Source: Arcobacteraceae bacterium
Lineage (GTDB): Bacteria > Campylobacterota > Campylobacteria > Campylobacterales > Arcobacteraceae
Reading direction: 5' to 3'
DNA length: 64,000 nt
Assembly (NCBI GenBank): GCA_965224485.1
Contig: CBDCZH010000001.1
Coordinates: 1-64,000 of the forward strand
Shown in pieces: positions 49,343 through 59,322 of the stretch. A program made the translations under genes and the position numbers. The notes beneath the pieces are model-generated. The model worked only from the letters and a program-made list of their open reading frames with translations. It was not told the origin of the DNA and made no database searches. Within the stretch, counting starts at the first letter, position 1. The number at the start of each line of letters is the position of its first letter.

Positions 49343-50626
49343 CTAATTCTCATATTTAACCCCTGTTGAATACTCTAATATTGCTATACTGCTCTTATAT
49401 GAATAATATGAATGTACTAAATCATTTTTAGAAGTAATAAAATCTAATTTTGCATTATTTAACTCTACAATATCATTTAATCCATTTTTATATCTCTCTT
49501 GGGCTAGATATAAATTCTGTTTTGCTAAGTTGATACTTAAACGTGATATTTCTACTATTTCAATGCTTTGTTTTAAATCATAATAAGCAGATGTTAGCTC
49601 TTCTATTATGATTAACTCTTCTTGTTTTAACTTCTCTTTAGCACTTATAATTGAGCTAAAAGCTTGTTTGCTTTTAGCTTGTGTTTTAAAACCAGAGAAA
49701 AACTCCCATTTTAAAAATACTCCAATATTACCTTGTTCTGAATCTTGCGAACTTATATCATTAGAACTACTATTTGTATAAGAGGCTTGTGCATTAAGAG
49801 TGGGGTAAAAATTAGCCTTAGAAGCTCTATGCTTTTCTTTATTTTCTTCTACTAATAATTTGTATAAAACAAGTTCTACTCTTGTATTTAAAGCTTTATT
49901 TATTAGCTCATTTAAGTTCTTTTTATCTATTTTGATATTTTTTACTAAAGCTAACATATCTTCATTTTTAGGTTTTATACTTATTAGTTTTTTTTCTCCT
50001 AAAATAACAATTAGTTTAGTTTGTGCTTTTTTAAAACTATAGTTTGCTTTTACTAAACTAAGTTTTGAGTTTGATAATTGAAGTTTTGCATTAGTAAGAT
50101 CGATTTTTGTTTTAATACCTGCATCAAAATATGCTTGTACTTGTACTACTTGCAAGTTATCTATTTTAATAGACTCTTTTGCTACTTTTATTAAATGATA
50201 TTTACTTAAAATATCAAAATATGCTTTTTTTACATTTAATACAGTTTTGGCCTTTGATATAATTAAATCACTTAGTGCTGCTTGATAACTCTTTTTTAAA
50301 GCACTTATAATATTAGAAGTTTTCCCAAAATCATAAAGTAATTGATTTGCACTAAGTGTATAAGCTTTTGATGAACCATCAGCTCTTACACCTTGGCTTT
50401 TCGTATTATGTCTACTTGTATTGGCACCTAAAGATAAACTTGGTAAATAAGATGCTTTTTTTTCTTTTATTACAGCTTTTTTACTTATAATAGTTGCTTT
50501 TTTTATTAAAATATTACTATTATTACTTAATGCGATATCTATTAGTTTGTTTAATTCATTTGTATTATTTACATCACTTGCAAATAAAGAAATTGAAAAA
50601 AAACTTAGTGCAATTATTCTTCTCAT
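49343..50626 (-). CDS. TolC-family outer-membrane efflux protein
   Basis: Signal peptide, YLPSLS/FYPTLN repeats, LYDFG. CAT at 50624-50626 shows the minus strand (the track says +). Confidence 0.92.
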   Translation of the reverse strand: MRRIIALSFFSISLFASDVNNTNELNKLIDIALSNNSNILIKKATIISKKAVIKEKKASYLPSLSLGANTSRHNTKSQGVRADGSSKAYTLSANQLLYDFGKTSNIISALKKSYQAALSDLIISKAKTVLNVKKAYFDILSKYHLIKVAKESIKIDNLQVVQVQAYFDAGIKTKIDLTNAKLQLSNSKLSLVKANYSFKKAQTKLIVILGEKKLISIKPKNEDMLALVKNIKIDKKNLNELINKALNTRVELVLYKLLVEENKEKHRASKANFYPTLNAQASYTNSSSNDISSQDSEQGNIGVFLKWEFFSGFKTQAKSKQAFSSIISAKEKLKQEELIIIEELTSAYYDLKQSIEIVEISRLSINLAKQNLYLAQERYKNGLNDIVELNNAKLDFITSKNDLVHSYYSYKSSIAILEYSTGVKYEN

Positions 50627-53600
50627 ACCTTATCCTTTGTATTTTTTCTCTCTCTTACTCTTTGTAAAACAACAAATAATAAAGGGGTAAAAAGAAGAGT
50701 TAAAATTGTTGATATTACCATTCCACCAAAAACAGCGGTACCTAAAGAAGCTCTTGAAGCAGCTCCTGCCCCAGAAGCAAAAACAAGAGGTAAAATTCCT
50801 AAAAGAAAAGAGAATACTGTCATTAATATTGCTCTTAGTCTTAAAATTGATGCTTGAATTGCAGCTTCAATAATAGAATAACCTTCTTGCCTTAACTCTT
50901 TAGCAAACTCTATTATTAAAATAGCACTTTTTGAAGACATTCCTATTAATAATACAAGACCAATTTGTGTATATATATTATTTAATAAACCAGCCAACAT
51001 ATTAGCACTTAATGCACCAAACATTACAACTGGAATTGGAAGCATAATCATTAAAGGCATCATCCATGATTCATATTGAGCAGCTAAAAATAAAAATACC
51101 ATTAATAAAGATAAAATAAATATAAATAAAGCTGCATTTCCTGCCTCTTTTTCTTGCAAACTAAGACCAGAAAATTCATATGATACTGAAGAAGGCAGTG
51201 TAGCTTGGGCTATTTTTTCTATACTTTTAAGTGCATCTCCTGAGCTATAACCTTCTTTAATATTATGAACTCCATTTATAGCTATACTTTGATAAGAGTT
51301 AAAATGAGTAATAGTATTAGCTCCACTTGTTTGAGTAATACTAACAACAGTACTTAAAGGAATCATCTCATCTTTAGAATTTTTTACAAAATATTGGGAA
51401 ATAGCATTTTTGTTTGCTCTAAAGTTTTGATCTGCTTGTAAGAAAACTCTATAGTTTTTACCAAATTTCTCAAAATCATTTACATAAATTGAACCTAGAT
51501 ATGCTTGCAAAGTAGAGAAAACATCATTTAAATTTAAACCTAAAGAGTATACTTTATCTCTATTTACATCAAGAAAATATTGTGGATATGAAGAGTTAAA
51601 TGAAGTATAAGCCATCATAATTGTTTTATCTTTATTTAAATTTTTTATAAACTCTTTTGCATAAGATTCAAACTCTTTTAAAGGAAGGTTTTGTTTATTT
51701 TGGAGTTTTACTTCAAAACCTCCAACAGCAGATAATCCAGGAATAGAAGGCATATTAAAAACTCTTACACTAGCAGAGTTTATCTCTTTATTTGTCTTTT
51801 TAGTAATTGCACTTATAATACCTTCAATAGATGTACTTTTGTCTTTTCTCTTATTCCAATCTTCTAAAACTATAAAAATAGTTGCAGTTGAAGAGTCAAG
51901 TGCTCCAGAAATAACAGAAAAACCACTTATACTTAAAACATCAGAAATACCTTTTGTATTTTGTATAATAGAAGTCACTTTTTTAGTTATTTCACTTGTG
52001 TTTTTTAAAGTAGTTCCTGCTTCTAAAGTAATTGAGGCAAGAAGTGTTCCTTGATCTTCATTTGGAATAAAACCAGTAGGAAGAATTTTAAATATACCAT
52101 AAGTTAAAGCTAATAATATTGTGTAAATAATTATAGAAACATACCAAAACTTGATAAGCTTTCGCAATACTTTTTCATATACTATTTTAAAAGATTCAAT
52201 ACCTTCATCAAATTTTTTAAAAAATATATTTTTATCTTTTTGTTTTTTTCTTCGTAAAATTGTAGCACATAAAGCAGGTGAGAGACTTAGAGCACAAAGT
52301 GATGAAATTATAACAGCAAATGCTATAGTAGTTGCAAATTGCTGATATAGGGCTCCTGAAATTCCTGGTATAAAAGTAACAGGAACAAAAACAGCTAAAA
52401 GAACTAAAGTAGTTGAAATAATAGGTGCAAATACTTCTTTCATAGCTTTTATAGTGGCTTCCTTTAAACTTATATCTGGATTCTTCTCTAGGTTTGCTTC
52501 TACATTTTCAACAACAATAATAGCATCATCAACAACAATACCAATGGCTAAAATTAAACCAAATAAAGTAAGAGTATTAATAGAAAAATTTACAGCCATT
52601 AAAAGAGCAAATGTTCCTACAAGTGAAACAGGAATAGCAATGGCTGGAATAATAGTACTTCTAAATGATTGTAAAAATATATATACTACTAATAAAACTA
52701 AAAATAAAGCTTGAATTAAGGTTATAATAACCTCTTTTATTGATGCTTCAACAAACTTAGTTGTATCATATGTTGCTTCAATACTTAAACCTTTTGGAAA
52801 TCTTTTCTCCAAATCTTTTAGTTTACTTTTAACTTTTTTTGCAACATCAAGTGCATTTGAACCAGGAAGTTGGTAAATTCCTAATAAAGCTGTTGCTTTA
52901 TTATTTAAAGTAGCTGCCCAAGCATAAGATTCAGCTCCAAGCTCGATTCTTGCTACATTTTTTAATCTAATTTTACTTCCGTCTTTATTCTCTTTTACAA
53001 TAATGTCTTCAAATTCTTTTACTGTACTTAATTTTGTATTTGACGTAAGAGTAAATTGAAACTTATTATTTGAAGTATTAGGACTCTGCCCAATTGTTCC
53101 AAGAGCAGCTTGTAAGTTTTGTGCTTTTATTGCTTGTGTAATTTGACTAATGCTTAGATTATAATTAGCTAGTTTATTAGGGTTTATCCATACTCTCATT
53201 GAGTATTTTCTCTCACCTAAATTAGAAACATCACCAACTCCTTTAATTCTTTTTAGCTCTTCTACTATATTTAAACTTGCAAAGTTTGATAAAAATAGAG
53301 CATCATGTAAATCATTAGTAGATTTAAGTGCTAAAATTTGAAGCATAGAGGTAGATTTTTTCTTAGTTATTACTCCTTTTTGTTTAACTGATTCAGGTAA
53401 AGTAGGAAGTGCTAAAGAGACTCTATTTTGAACATCAATAGCAGCCACATCTAAATCATAAGAAGATTCAAAATATAAATTAATATTAGACTTACCATCA
53501 GATGATGAGGTAGAATCCATATAAATAAGACCCTGCATTCCATTTAACTGCTCTTCTAAGGGTTTAGTAAGCGAAGTCTCAACAACTTGTGCACTTCCAC

Positions 53601-53754
53601 CTGTATACGTGGCACTTACAGAAATAGTAGGAGGAGTTATTTGTGGAAACTGAGCAACGGGAAGAGAATAGAGTGCAATAAAACCAACAATTATTATAAA
53701 AATAGAGATTACTTTTGCAAAAATTTGTCTATGTATAAAAAATATTGAAAACAT
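50623..53754 (-). CDS. RND efflux permease (HAE1, AcrB/CmeB-like)
   Basis: LPVAQFPQITPP, GIVVDDAIIVVEN, PNEDQG and RLRAILMT motifs. CAT at 53752-53754 shows the minus strand. Confidence 0.95.
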   Translation of the reverse strand: MFSIFFIHRQIFAKVISIFIIIVGFIALYSLPVAQFPQITPPTISVSATYTGGSAQVVETSLTKPLEEQLNGMQGLIYMDSTSSSDGKSNINLYFESSYDLDVAAIDVQNRVSLALPTLPESVKQKGVITKKKSTSMLQILALKSTNDLHDALFLSNFASLNIVEELKRIKGVGDVSNLGERKYSMRVWINPNKLANYNLSISQITQAIKAQNLQAALGTIGQSPNTSNNKFQFTLTSNTKLSTVKEFEDIIVKENKDGSKIRLKNVARIELGAESYAWAATLNNKATALLGIYQLPGSNALDVAKKVKSKLKDLEKRFPKGLSIEATYDTTKFVEASIKEVIITLIQALFLVLLVVYIFLQSFRSTIIPAIAIPVSLVGTFALLMAVNFSINTLTLFGLILAIGIVVDDAIIVVENVEANLEKNPDISLKEATIKAMKEVFAPIISTTLVLLAVFVPVTFIPGISGALYQQFATTIAFAVIISSLCALSLSPALCATILRRKKQKDKNIFFKKFDEGIESFKIVYEKVLRKLIKFWYVSIIIYTILLALTYGIFKILPTGFIPNEDQGTLLASITLEAGTTLKNTSEITKKVTSIIQNTKGISDVLSISGFSVISGALDSSTATIFIVLEDWNKRKDKSTSIEGIISAITKKTNKEINSASVRVFNMPSIPGLSAVGGFEVKLQNKQNLPLKEFESYAKEFIKNLNKDKTIMMAYTSFNSSYPQYFLDVNRDKVYSLGLNLNDVFSTLQAYLGSIYVNDFEKFGKNYRVFLQADQNFRANKNAISQYFVKNSKDEMIPLSTVVSITQTSGANTITHFNSYQSIAINGVHNIKEGYSSGDALKSIEKIAQATLPSSVSYEFSGLSLQEKEAGNAALFIFILSLLMVFLFLAAQYESWMMPLMIMLPIPVVMFGALSANMLAGLLNNIYTQIGLVLLIGMSSKSAILIIEFAKELRQEGYSIIEAAIQASILRLRAILMTVFSFLLGILPLVFASGAGAASRASLGTAVFGGMVISTILTLLFTPLLFVVLQRVRERKNTKDKV

Positions 53755-53762
53755 ATTATATC

Positions 53763-54896
53763 CTAGTCATTAAGAGGGTTTTTTACTTCATTTACTTTAA
53801 CTTCTTGATCTTCTTTAAGTTTAGTGATACTACTTAAAATAACTCTATCTCCTTGTTTTAATCCACTTTTGATAATTGCAAGTGTTTTATTGCTATAACT
53901 TACTTTTATTTGTCTTGTTTGTATTTTATTTTTATCATTTACAAGTAAAACATATGAACCTAATTGATTTTGTGAAATATTATTAGGATGTAAGGCAAAA
54001 AACTCTATTTTGTCACTAATAAAAAGTTTTATATTAACAAAAGTTCCAGGAAATAATAAATTTTCTTTATTTTCTATTTTTGCTCTCATTGCAACTGTTC
54101 CTGTTGACTCATTACTTGTATTATCAATAAAATCAATATGTCCAGCTAAGCTTAAACTTTGATTTTTATCTCCAGCTTCTATTATGACTTTTTGATTTTT
54201 ACTAGAGCTATATTTTTTTATCAAACTAACTTCATTTGCACTTGGATTAAAATTTACATATAGTATTTTTGCATTAATAATATTTGCTAAAGTAGTTTTT
54301 GAAGCACTTATAATATTTCCAACATCAACTAAAGCTTTTCCAATTTGCCCATTTATACTTGCTTTTACACTTGTAAAGTCTAAGTCTATTTGCGCTTGTT
54401 TAATTGCTTCTTTGTCTGCTTTAACTATTGCTTCATTTTGTTTTTGTACCGCTTGTAGTTCTTCAAGTTTTTCTTTTGGAGCTAGGCCTTTATTTACAAG
54501 AGGCGTATATCTTTTAACACTTGATATTGCTAGATTTAGACTTGCTTTATTTTTTGCTAAAGATGCTTGTTTTTGAGCAAGAACTGATTTTATTTCTCTA
54601 TCATCAATTTTAAATAAAATATCACCTTTTTTAACTTCATTTCCTGCTTTAAATAAAATCTCTTTTAATTCTCCACTTGCTCTTGCTAACAATTCTACTT
54701 TTTCATAAGCTTGAGTTTTACCTGTAAAATCAATCCATAAGGGGTAGGCTTGTTTTTTTATTGAAATAGTATCAACTACTATGACTTGTACTTTTTCTTG
54801 GTTTTTTTCTTCTTTATTCTTATTATCACAAGAACTAAATGTTAGTAGTGCAAAAAGAATAAGGCTAAAAGTTATTGATATTTTCTTAAAATTCAA
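53763..54896 (-). CDS. RND periplasmic adaptor (MFP) lipoprotein
   Basis: Lipobox FSS-C, VKKGDILFKID, TGTVAMRA, LFPGTFV; TTG start on the minus strand. Confidence 0.93.
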   Translation of the reverse strand: MNFKKISITFSLILFALLTFSSCDNKNKEEKNQEKVQVIVVDTISIKKQAYPLWIDFTGKTQAYEKVELLARASGELKEILFKAGNEVKKGDILFKIDDREIKSVLAQKQASLAKNKASLNLAISSVKRYTPLVNKGLAPKEKLEELQAVQKQNEAIVKADKEAIKQAQIDLDFTSVKASINGQIGKALVDVGNIISASKTTLANIINAKILYVNFNPSANEVSLIKKYSSSKNQKVIIEAGDKNQSLSLAGHIDFIDNTSNESTGTVAMRAKIENKENLLFPGTFVNIKLFISDKIEFFALHPNNISQNQLGSYVLLVNDKNKIQTRQIKVSYSNKTLAIIKSGLKQGDRVILSSITKLKEDQEVKVNEVKNPLND

Positions 54897-55050
54897 AGTT
54901 TGTCCTTTTTTATTAGTGCAAATATAATAGCTAAAATTATTACTCTAATAACTTAGATTTATCAGTAAGTTTTATTTAATTAGAATATTTTTTTACTTGA
55001 TATTAGAGAAAAAATGATATAATCGCGATATTAAATTAAAAAGGTTTTAT

Positions 55051-55692
55051 ATGTTAGTAGCTCCTTCTATACTTTCTGCTGATTTTGGAAAGTTAAACGA
55101 AGATATAATTGCAATTTGTGAGGCGGGATGTGACTTAATTCATGTTGATGTAATGGATGGGCATTTTGTTCCAAATATGACGATAGGGCCTGTTGTTGTA
55201 AATGCAGTTGCAAAAATAGCTTCTAAACCTTTAGATATACATCTTATGGTTGAAGATAATAACTTCTTTATTGATCTATTCTCACATTTAAAACCCCAGT
55301 ATATATCTTTTCATATAGAGAGCGAAAATCATCCCCATAGAGTTATTCAAAAACTAAGAGCTTTAGGAATTAAACCAGCTATTGTACTTAACCCTCATAC
55401 TGCACCTTCTTCTATTGAGTATTTATTGCAAGACTTAGATATGGTACTTTTAATGAGTGTTAATCCAGGCTTTGGTGGTCAAAAGTTCATAGAAAATGTA
55501 CTTGAGCGAGCTAGTAGCTTAAAAAAATTAATTCAAAAAAGAAACCCTTCTTGTTTAATACAAGTTGATGGTGGAGTTAATGATAAAAATATTGATGCTT
55601 TGAAAGAAGCTGGTGTTGATGTTGTTGTTGCTGGTTCTTATGTTTATGGTTCAAATGATTATAAAAAAGCTATAAAAAGTTTACAAGTTTAA
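55051..55692 (+). CDS. rpe: Ribulose-phosphate 3-epimerase
   Basis: APSILSADF, HVDVMDGHFVPN, MSVNPGFGGQ and VDGG motifs. Confidence 0.97.
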   Translation: MLVAPSILSADFGKLNEDIIAICEAGCDLIHVDVMDGHFVPNMTIGPVVVNAVAKIASKPLDIHLMVEDNNFFIDLFSHLKPQYISFHIESENHPHRVIQKLRALGIKPAIVLNPHTAPSSIEYLLQDLDMVLLMSVNPGFGGQKFIENVLERASSLKKLIQKRNPSCLIQVDGGVNDKNIDALKEAGVDVVVAGSYVYGSNDYKKAIKSLQV

Positions 55693-55694
55693 AC

Positions 55695-56285
55695 GTGAGA
55701 GTTAAAATCTGTGGAATAACAAACTTAAAAGATGCTCTTGATGCAATAGATGCAGGAGCTGATGCTTTAGGTTTTGTATTTTATGAAAAAAGCCCTAGGT
55801 ATATTGAGCCCCTTGAAGCTAAAAAAATAGCTGAAGCCTTACCTCCTTTTGTTCAAACAGCAGGACTTTTTGTAAATGAAAGTGCTATACAAATAAATAA
55901 TATTTGTAAAATAGCTAAAATGAACTTAGCTCAGATTATTGATGATGAAAATACCTGTAAACTTGATACTTTAGAGTATAAGTATATTCTAGTTGCTAGA
56001 ATCAAATCAAAACAAGACTTAATTAAAGTACAAAATGAATTTATTTTAGTTGATGCTTTTGTTGAGGGTTTTGGTGGTCATGGTAAACAAATCAATAAGT
56101 CTTTTTTTGAAGGTATAAATACCTCAAAAATGATAATAGCAGGTGGTTTAAGTGCTTTAAATCTAAAAGATTTAAAAGAGTTTGATTTCTACGGTTTTGA
56201 TGTAAGTTCAGGTGTTGAAAAATCAAAGGGTAAAAAAGATAAAAATAAAATGATAGATTTTATAAAAGCAGCAAATGAAACTTAA
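55695..56285 (+). CDS. trpF: Phosphoribosylanthranilate isomerase
   Basis: VKICGIT, GFVFYEKSPRY, AGGL and DVSSGVE motifs. Confidence 0.95.
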   Translation: MRVKICGITNLKDALDAIDAGADALGFVFYEKSPRYIEPLEAKKIAEALPPFVQTAGLFVNESAIQINNICKIAKMNLAQIIDDENTCKLDTLEYKYILVARIKSKQDLIKVQNEFILVDAFVEGFGGHGKQINKSFFEGINTSKMIIAGGLSALNLKDLKEFDFYGFDVSSGVEKSKGKKDKNKMIDFIKAANET

Positions 56286-57141
56286 AAATAGAAAAAGACT
56301 TCAAAAAATTCCAAACAATGAAAAACTTGTAAAGAGATTAAAATCTAAGGATTTATTACTTTGTGAGTGTTTAGAAATAATAGATAGTTTTGATGATAAT
56401 TTCTTTGATAGCTCTTCTTTAGAGCTAGAACTTTTAATATCAAATGGTTTTCCACTTGATGTACAAGAAGATAAAGTATTACTAAAAACAGCAAGAACTC
56501 CTTTACATAATCAAACTTTTTGTATAGTTGATATAGAAACAAATGGTTCTGATATTACAAAAGGACAAATTATTGAACTTGGTGCTGTTAAGTATAGAAA
56601 TGGAAAAATCATTGATAAATATGACTCCTTAGTATATGCTAAAACTATTCCTCCTTATATTCAAGAAGTTACAAATATTACTCCTTTGATGTTAGAAGAT
56701 GCTCCTATTATAAATAAGGTTTTAGAAGAGTTTAAAATATTTTTAGAAGATGATGTTTTTGTAGCTCATGATATAAAGTTTGATTATAAATTTGTTTCAG
56801 ACTCTTTTGAAAAATATGACCTAGGAAAATTAGAAAATAGAAAACTTTGTACTATTGATTTATCAAAAAGAACAATTGCTGCAAAGAGATATGGTTTAGA
56901 TTTTTTAAAAACTTTATTAGACATAGATATAAAAAATCAACATAGAGCTTATAGTGATGCTTTAAGTACTTCTTATATCTTAAAAAAGGCTTTTAATCTT
57001 TTACCTTCTTGTGTTCAAACAGCAGAAGATTTAATAGAATTTTCTAAATCAAATAATATAATAAATGCCACTATTCCTAGAAATATGAAAAAAGATAAAA
57101 ACAAAAATGGAAATGAAAAAATGAAGGAAAAAAATGTTTGA
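56275..57141 (+). CDS. DEDDh 3'-5' exonuclease (DnaQ/PolC-exo-like)
   Basis: VDIETNG, FVAHDIKFD and HRAYSDA motifs. Confidence 0.9.
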   Translation: MKLKNRKRLQKIPNNEKLVKRLKSKDLLLCECLEIIDSFDDNFFDSSSLELELLISNGFPLDVQEDKVLLKTARTPLHNQTFCIVDIETNGSDITKGQIIELGAVKYRNGKIIDKYDSLVYAKTIPPYIQEVTNITPLMLEDAPIINKVLEEFKIFLEDDVFVAHDIKFDYKFVSDSFEKYDLGKLENRKLCTIDLSKRTIAAKRYGLDFLKTLLDIDIKNQHRAYSDALSTSYILKKAFNLLPSCVQTAEDLIEFSKSNNIINATIPRNMKKDKNKNGNEKMKEKNV

Positions 57142-57667
57142 TCAAGATAAATATTTAAAAGCAATAAATTTTGCACAAAAAGCTTATGAAAATCATGAAA
57201 ACAAAGAATCAATGATAACATATTTAAGCAGCGTTGCTATGGAAGTTATACATGCTACAATTGAGTCAAAATTTGATCAAAGAGATGCGAATATTGCTAT
57301 TACTTGTGCTTTATTACATAATATATTTGATAATACTTCTGTTAGTTTTGATGAAGTTTTAGAAGAATTTGATGAAGATATTTCAAATGGAGTTGAAGCT
57401 TTAAGTAATAATAAACAAATGAATGCTAAAGATCAATTAGGAGATAGTGTTAATAAACTCTTGGGTGAATCATATAATGTTCAAATAGTAAAAATAGCAA
57501 GTACTATAATATCTTTACAAAAACCAAAAGAGAATAGTGATTCACTAGAAATATTCAATAAACATAAAGAAGCTAGATTTATCCTTTCTTGTTTTAAAAA
57601 TGCAAATATGTATATAGCAAAAAGATTAGAAGAAAAAATAGCTTTATATCGGACTTATATTAAGTAG
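57134..57667 (+). CDS. Small alarmone hydrolase-like (RelA/SpoT HD, Mesh1-like) protein with degenerate catalytic motifs
   Basis: KAINFA...ALLH...GVEALS...VK scaffold, but HD..ED reads HNIFDN. Confidence 0.75.
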   Translation: MFDQDKYLKAINFAQKAYENHENKESMITYLSSVAMEVIHATIESKFDQRDANIAITCALLHNIFDNTSVSFDEVLEEFDEDISNGVEALSNNKQMNAKDQLGDSVNKLLGESYNVQIVKIASTIISLQKPKENSDSLEIFNKHKEARFILSCFKNANMYIAKRLEEKIALYRTYIK

Positions 57668-57780
57668 TTGTAGCTATTAAGTTGTATGTTGTAGGTACTT
57701 TGATTTATTGATAATTCTGTTGAAAATCTTGTGAAAACATAGGTTTTTACTTGACAAAGTAGTCTATTTTGGACAAAATA

Positions 57781-57931
57781 CCTACAAACCTACAAACCTA
57801 CAAACCTACAAACCTACAAACCTACAAACCTACAAACCTACAAACCTACAAACCTACAAACCTACAAACCTACAAACCTACAAACCTACAAACCTACAAA
57901 CCTACAAACCTACAAACCTACAAACCTACAA
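57781..57931. repeat. Perfect 8-bp VNTR (CCTACAAA) x18 plus 7 nt
   Basis: Counted directly; overlaps the last codons and the TAG of oorC. Confidence 0.97.
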
Positions 57932-58478
57932 CTCTCTTAGCATACTCTATTCCTAAATCAAAAGCTTTTTCATTTATATCATGAACTTTTTTAGGAACTT
58001 TACTTAACATAGTTGCTCTTAGAATTTCTGGATCAACTGTATTGTTTGTCATATAATTAGCAATAGATAAAGCAAGTACACTTTGTGTAATTACATTTCC
58101 TACTTCTTCTTTTGCAATTGTAATAATAGGAATCTCATATATCACCCATTTTTTCTTATCTTCTTCACTAGGTTTTACTAAATTAGGTTCAATTACAATA
58201 ATCCCACCTTCTTTAACACCTTTTTTAAAAGAATCATATGAAACTTGTGCAACAGATAACATAAAATCAATTTCACCATCATTTGCATAAGGGTATAAAA
58301 TTTCGCCATCTTCTAAAGTAATATCAACAACAGTAGGTCCACCTCTTACTTGTGAAGTATATGTTGATGTTTTTAACCCATTTCCACCTGCATTAATCTT
58401 AGCAGCTGCAAAGATAGAACCTGCAAGAAGAACACCTTGTCCACCAACACCTGTAAATCTCATTAATGTTTTTGCCAT
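57918..58478 (-). CDS. oorC: 2-oxoglutarate:acceptor oxidoreductase gamma subunit
   Basis: FTGVGGQG and YTSQVRGG motifs. Confidence 0.95.
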   Translation of the reverse strand: MAKTLMRFTGVGGQGVLLAGSIFAAAKINAGGNGLKTSTYTSQVRGGPTVVDITLEDGEILYPYANDGEIDFMLSVAQVSYDSFKKGVKEGGIIVIEPNLVKPSEEDKKKWVIYEIPIITIAKEEVGNVITQSVLALSIANYMTNNTVDPEILRATMLSKVPKKVHDINEKAFDLGIEYAKRVVGL

Positions 58479-58487
58479 TGTTTCTCC

Positions 58488-59321
58488 TTATAGTTCTACC
58501 ATAGTATTATTTTGATGTGCTAGTTTTACTTTTTCATATGAATCTGTATATTCAGCAGCATCTTTATCTTGTTTTAAAATTCCAGTAGGAAATAAACCTT
58601 TTTGTTCTGCTGGTTCTAATTTATCAAATTTCATTTTTGCCATAGAAATAGAATCAATCCATTCTAAGTTAGCCATAGCAGAACCCATTTTATTTTTTCT
58701 TCCTAAGTTTACATGACAGTTTGAAAAAATATCAAAGAAAGAGTATCCATTGTGTTGAAACCCTTTTACAAAAACTCGCTCTAGTTTTTTAGGATCTAAC
58801 ATAGTTTCTCTTGCTACAAATGAAGCTCCTGCTCCTATTGCTAAGTTACAAGCATCAAAAGTAGGGTCAATATTCCCTCTTTTCATAGTTACAGTCCACA
58901 TACCTTGAGGAGTTGTTGGGCTTGTTTGAGAGTTTGTTAAACCATAAATGAAGTTATTAATTACAATATGATTAATATCAATATTTCTTCTACATCCATG
59001 AATTGTATGATTTCCCCCAATAGCTAGACCATCTCCATCTCCTGTGATACAAAAAACTTTTTTCTCAGGATTTGCTAGTTTTATTCCTGTTGCATAAGCA
59101 ATTGTTCGTCCATGAGTTGTATGAACTGTATTACAGTTTATATAAGAAGAGAATCTTCCAGAACATCCAATACCTGATACAACACACATATCATCCATTT
59201 TCCATTCAAGTTTATCAATTGCTCTAATAAATGCTTTTAAAATTACACCATCACCACATCCCCAACACCAAAGTGTTGGCATTTTATTAGTTCTTAAATA
59301 TTCATCATAATTAAAAGCCAT
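58488..59321 (-). CDS. oorB: 2-oxoglutarate:acceptor oxidoreductase beta subunit
   Basis: WCWGCGDG, SGIGCS, HGR and GDGD TPP motifs. Confidence 0.96.
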   Translation of the reverse strand: MAFNYDEYLRTNKMPTLWCWGCGDGVILKAFIRAIDKLEWKMDDMCVVSGIGCSGRFSSYINCNTVHTTHGRTIAYATGIKLANPEKKVFCITGDGDGLAIGGNHTIHGCRRNIDINHIVINNFIYGLTNSQTSPTTPQGMWTVTMKRGNIDPTFDACNLAIGAGASFVARETMLDPKKLERVFVKGFQHNGYSFFDIFSNCHVNLGRKNKMGSAMANLEWIDSISMAKMKFDKLEPAEQKGLFPTGILKQDKDAAEYTDSYEKVKLAHQNNTMVEL

Positions 59322-59322
59322 A

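Noticed and set aside
57781..57931. Possible CRISPR array
   Set aside because: The units are contiguous 8-mers with no spacers, and there are no cas genes.
57769..57984. 71-aa ORF with TNLQTYKP repeats
   Set aside because: It is a translation of the 8-bp VNTR, antisense to oorC, with no SD; not a credible protein.
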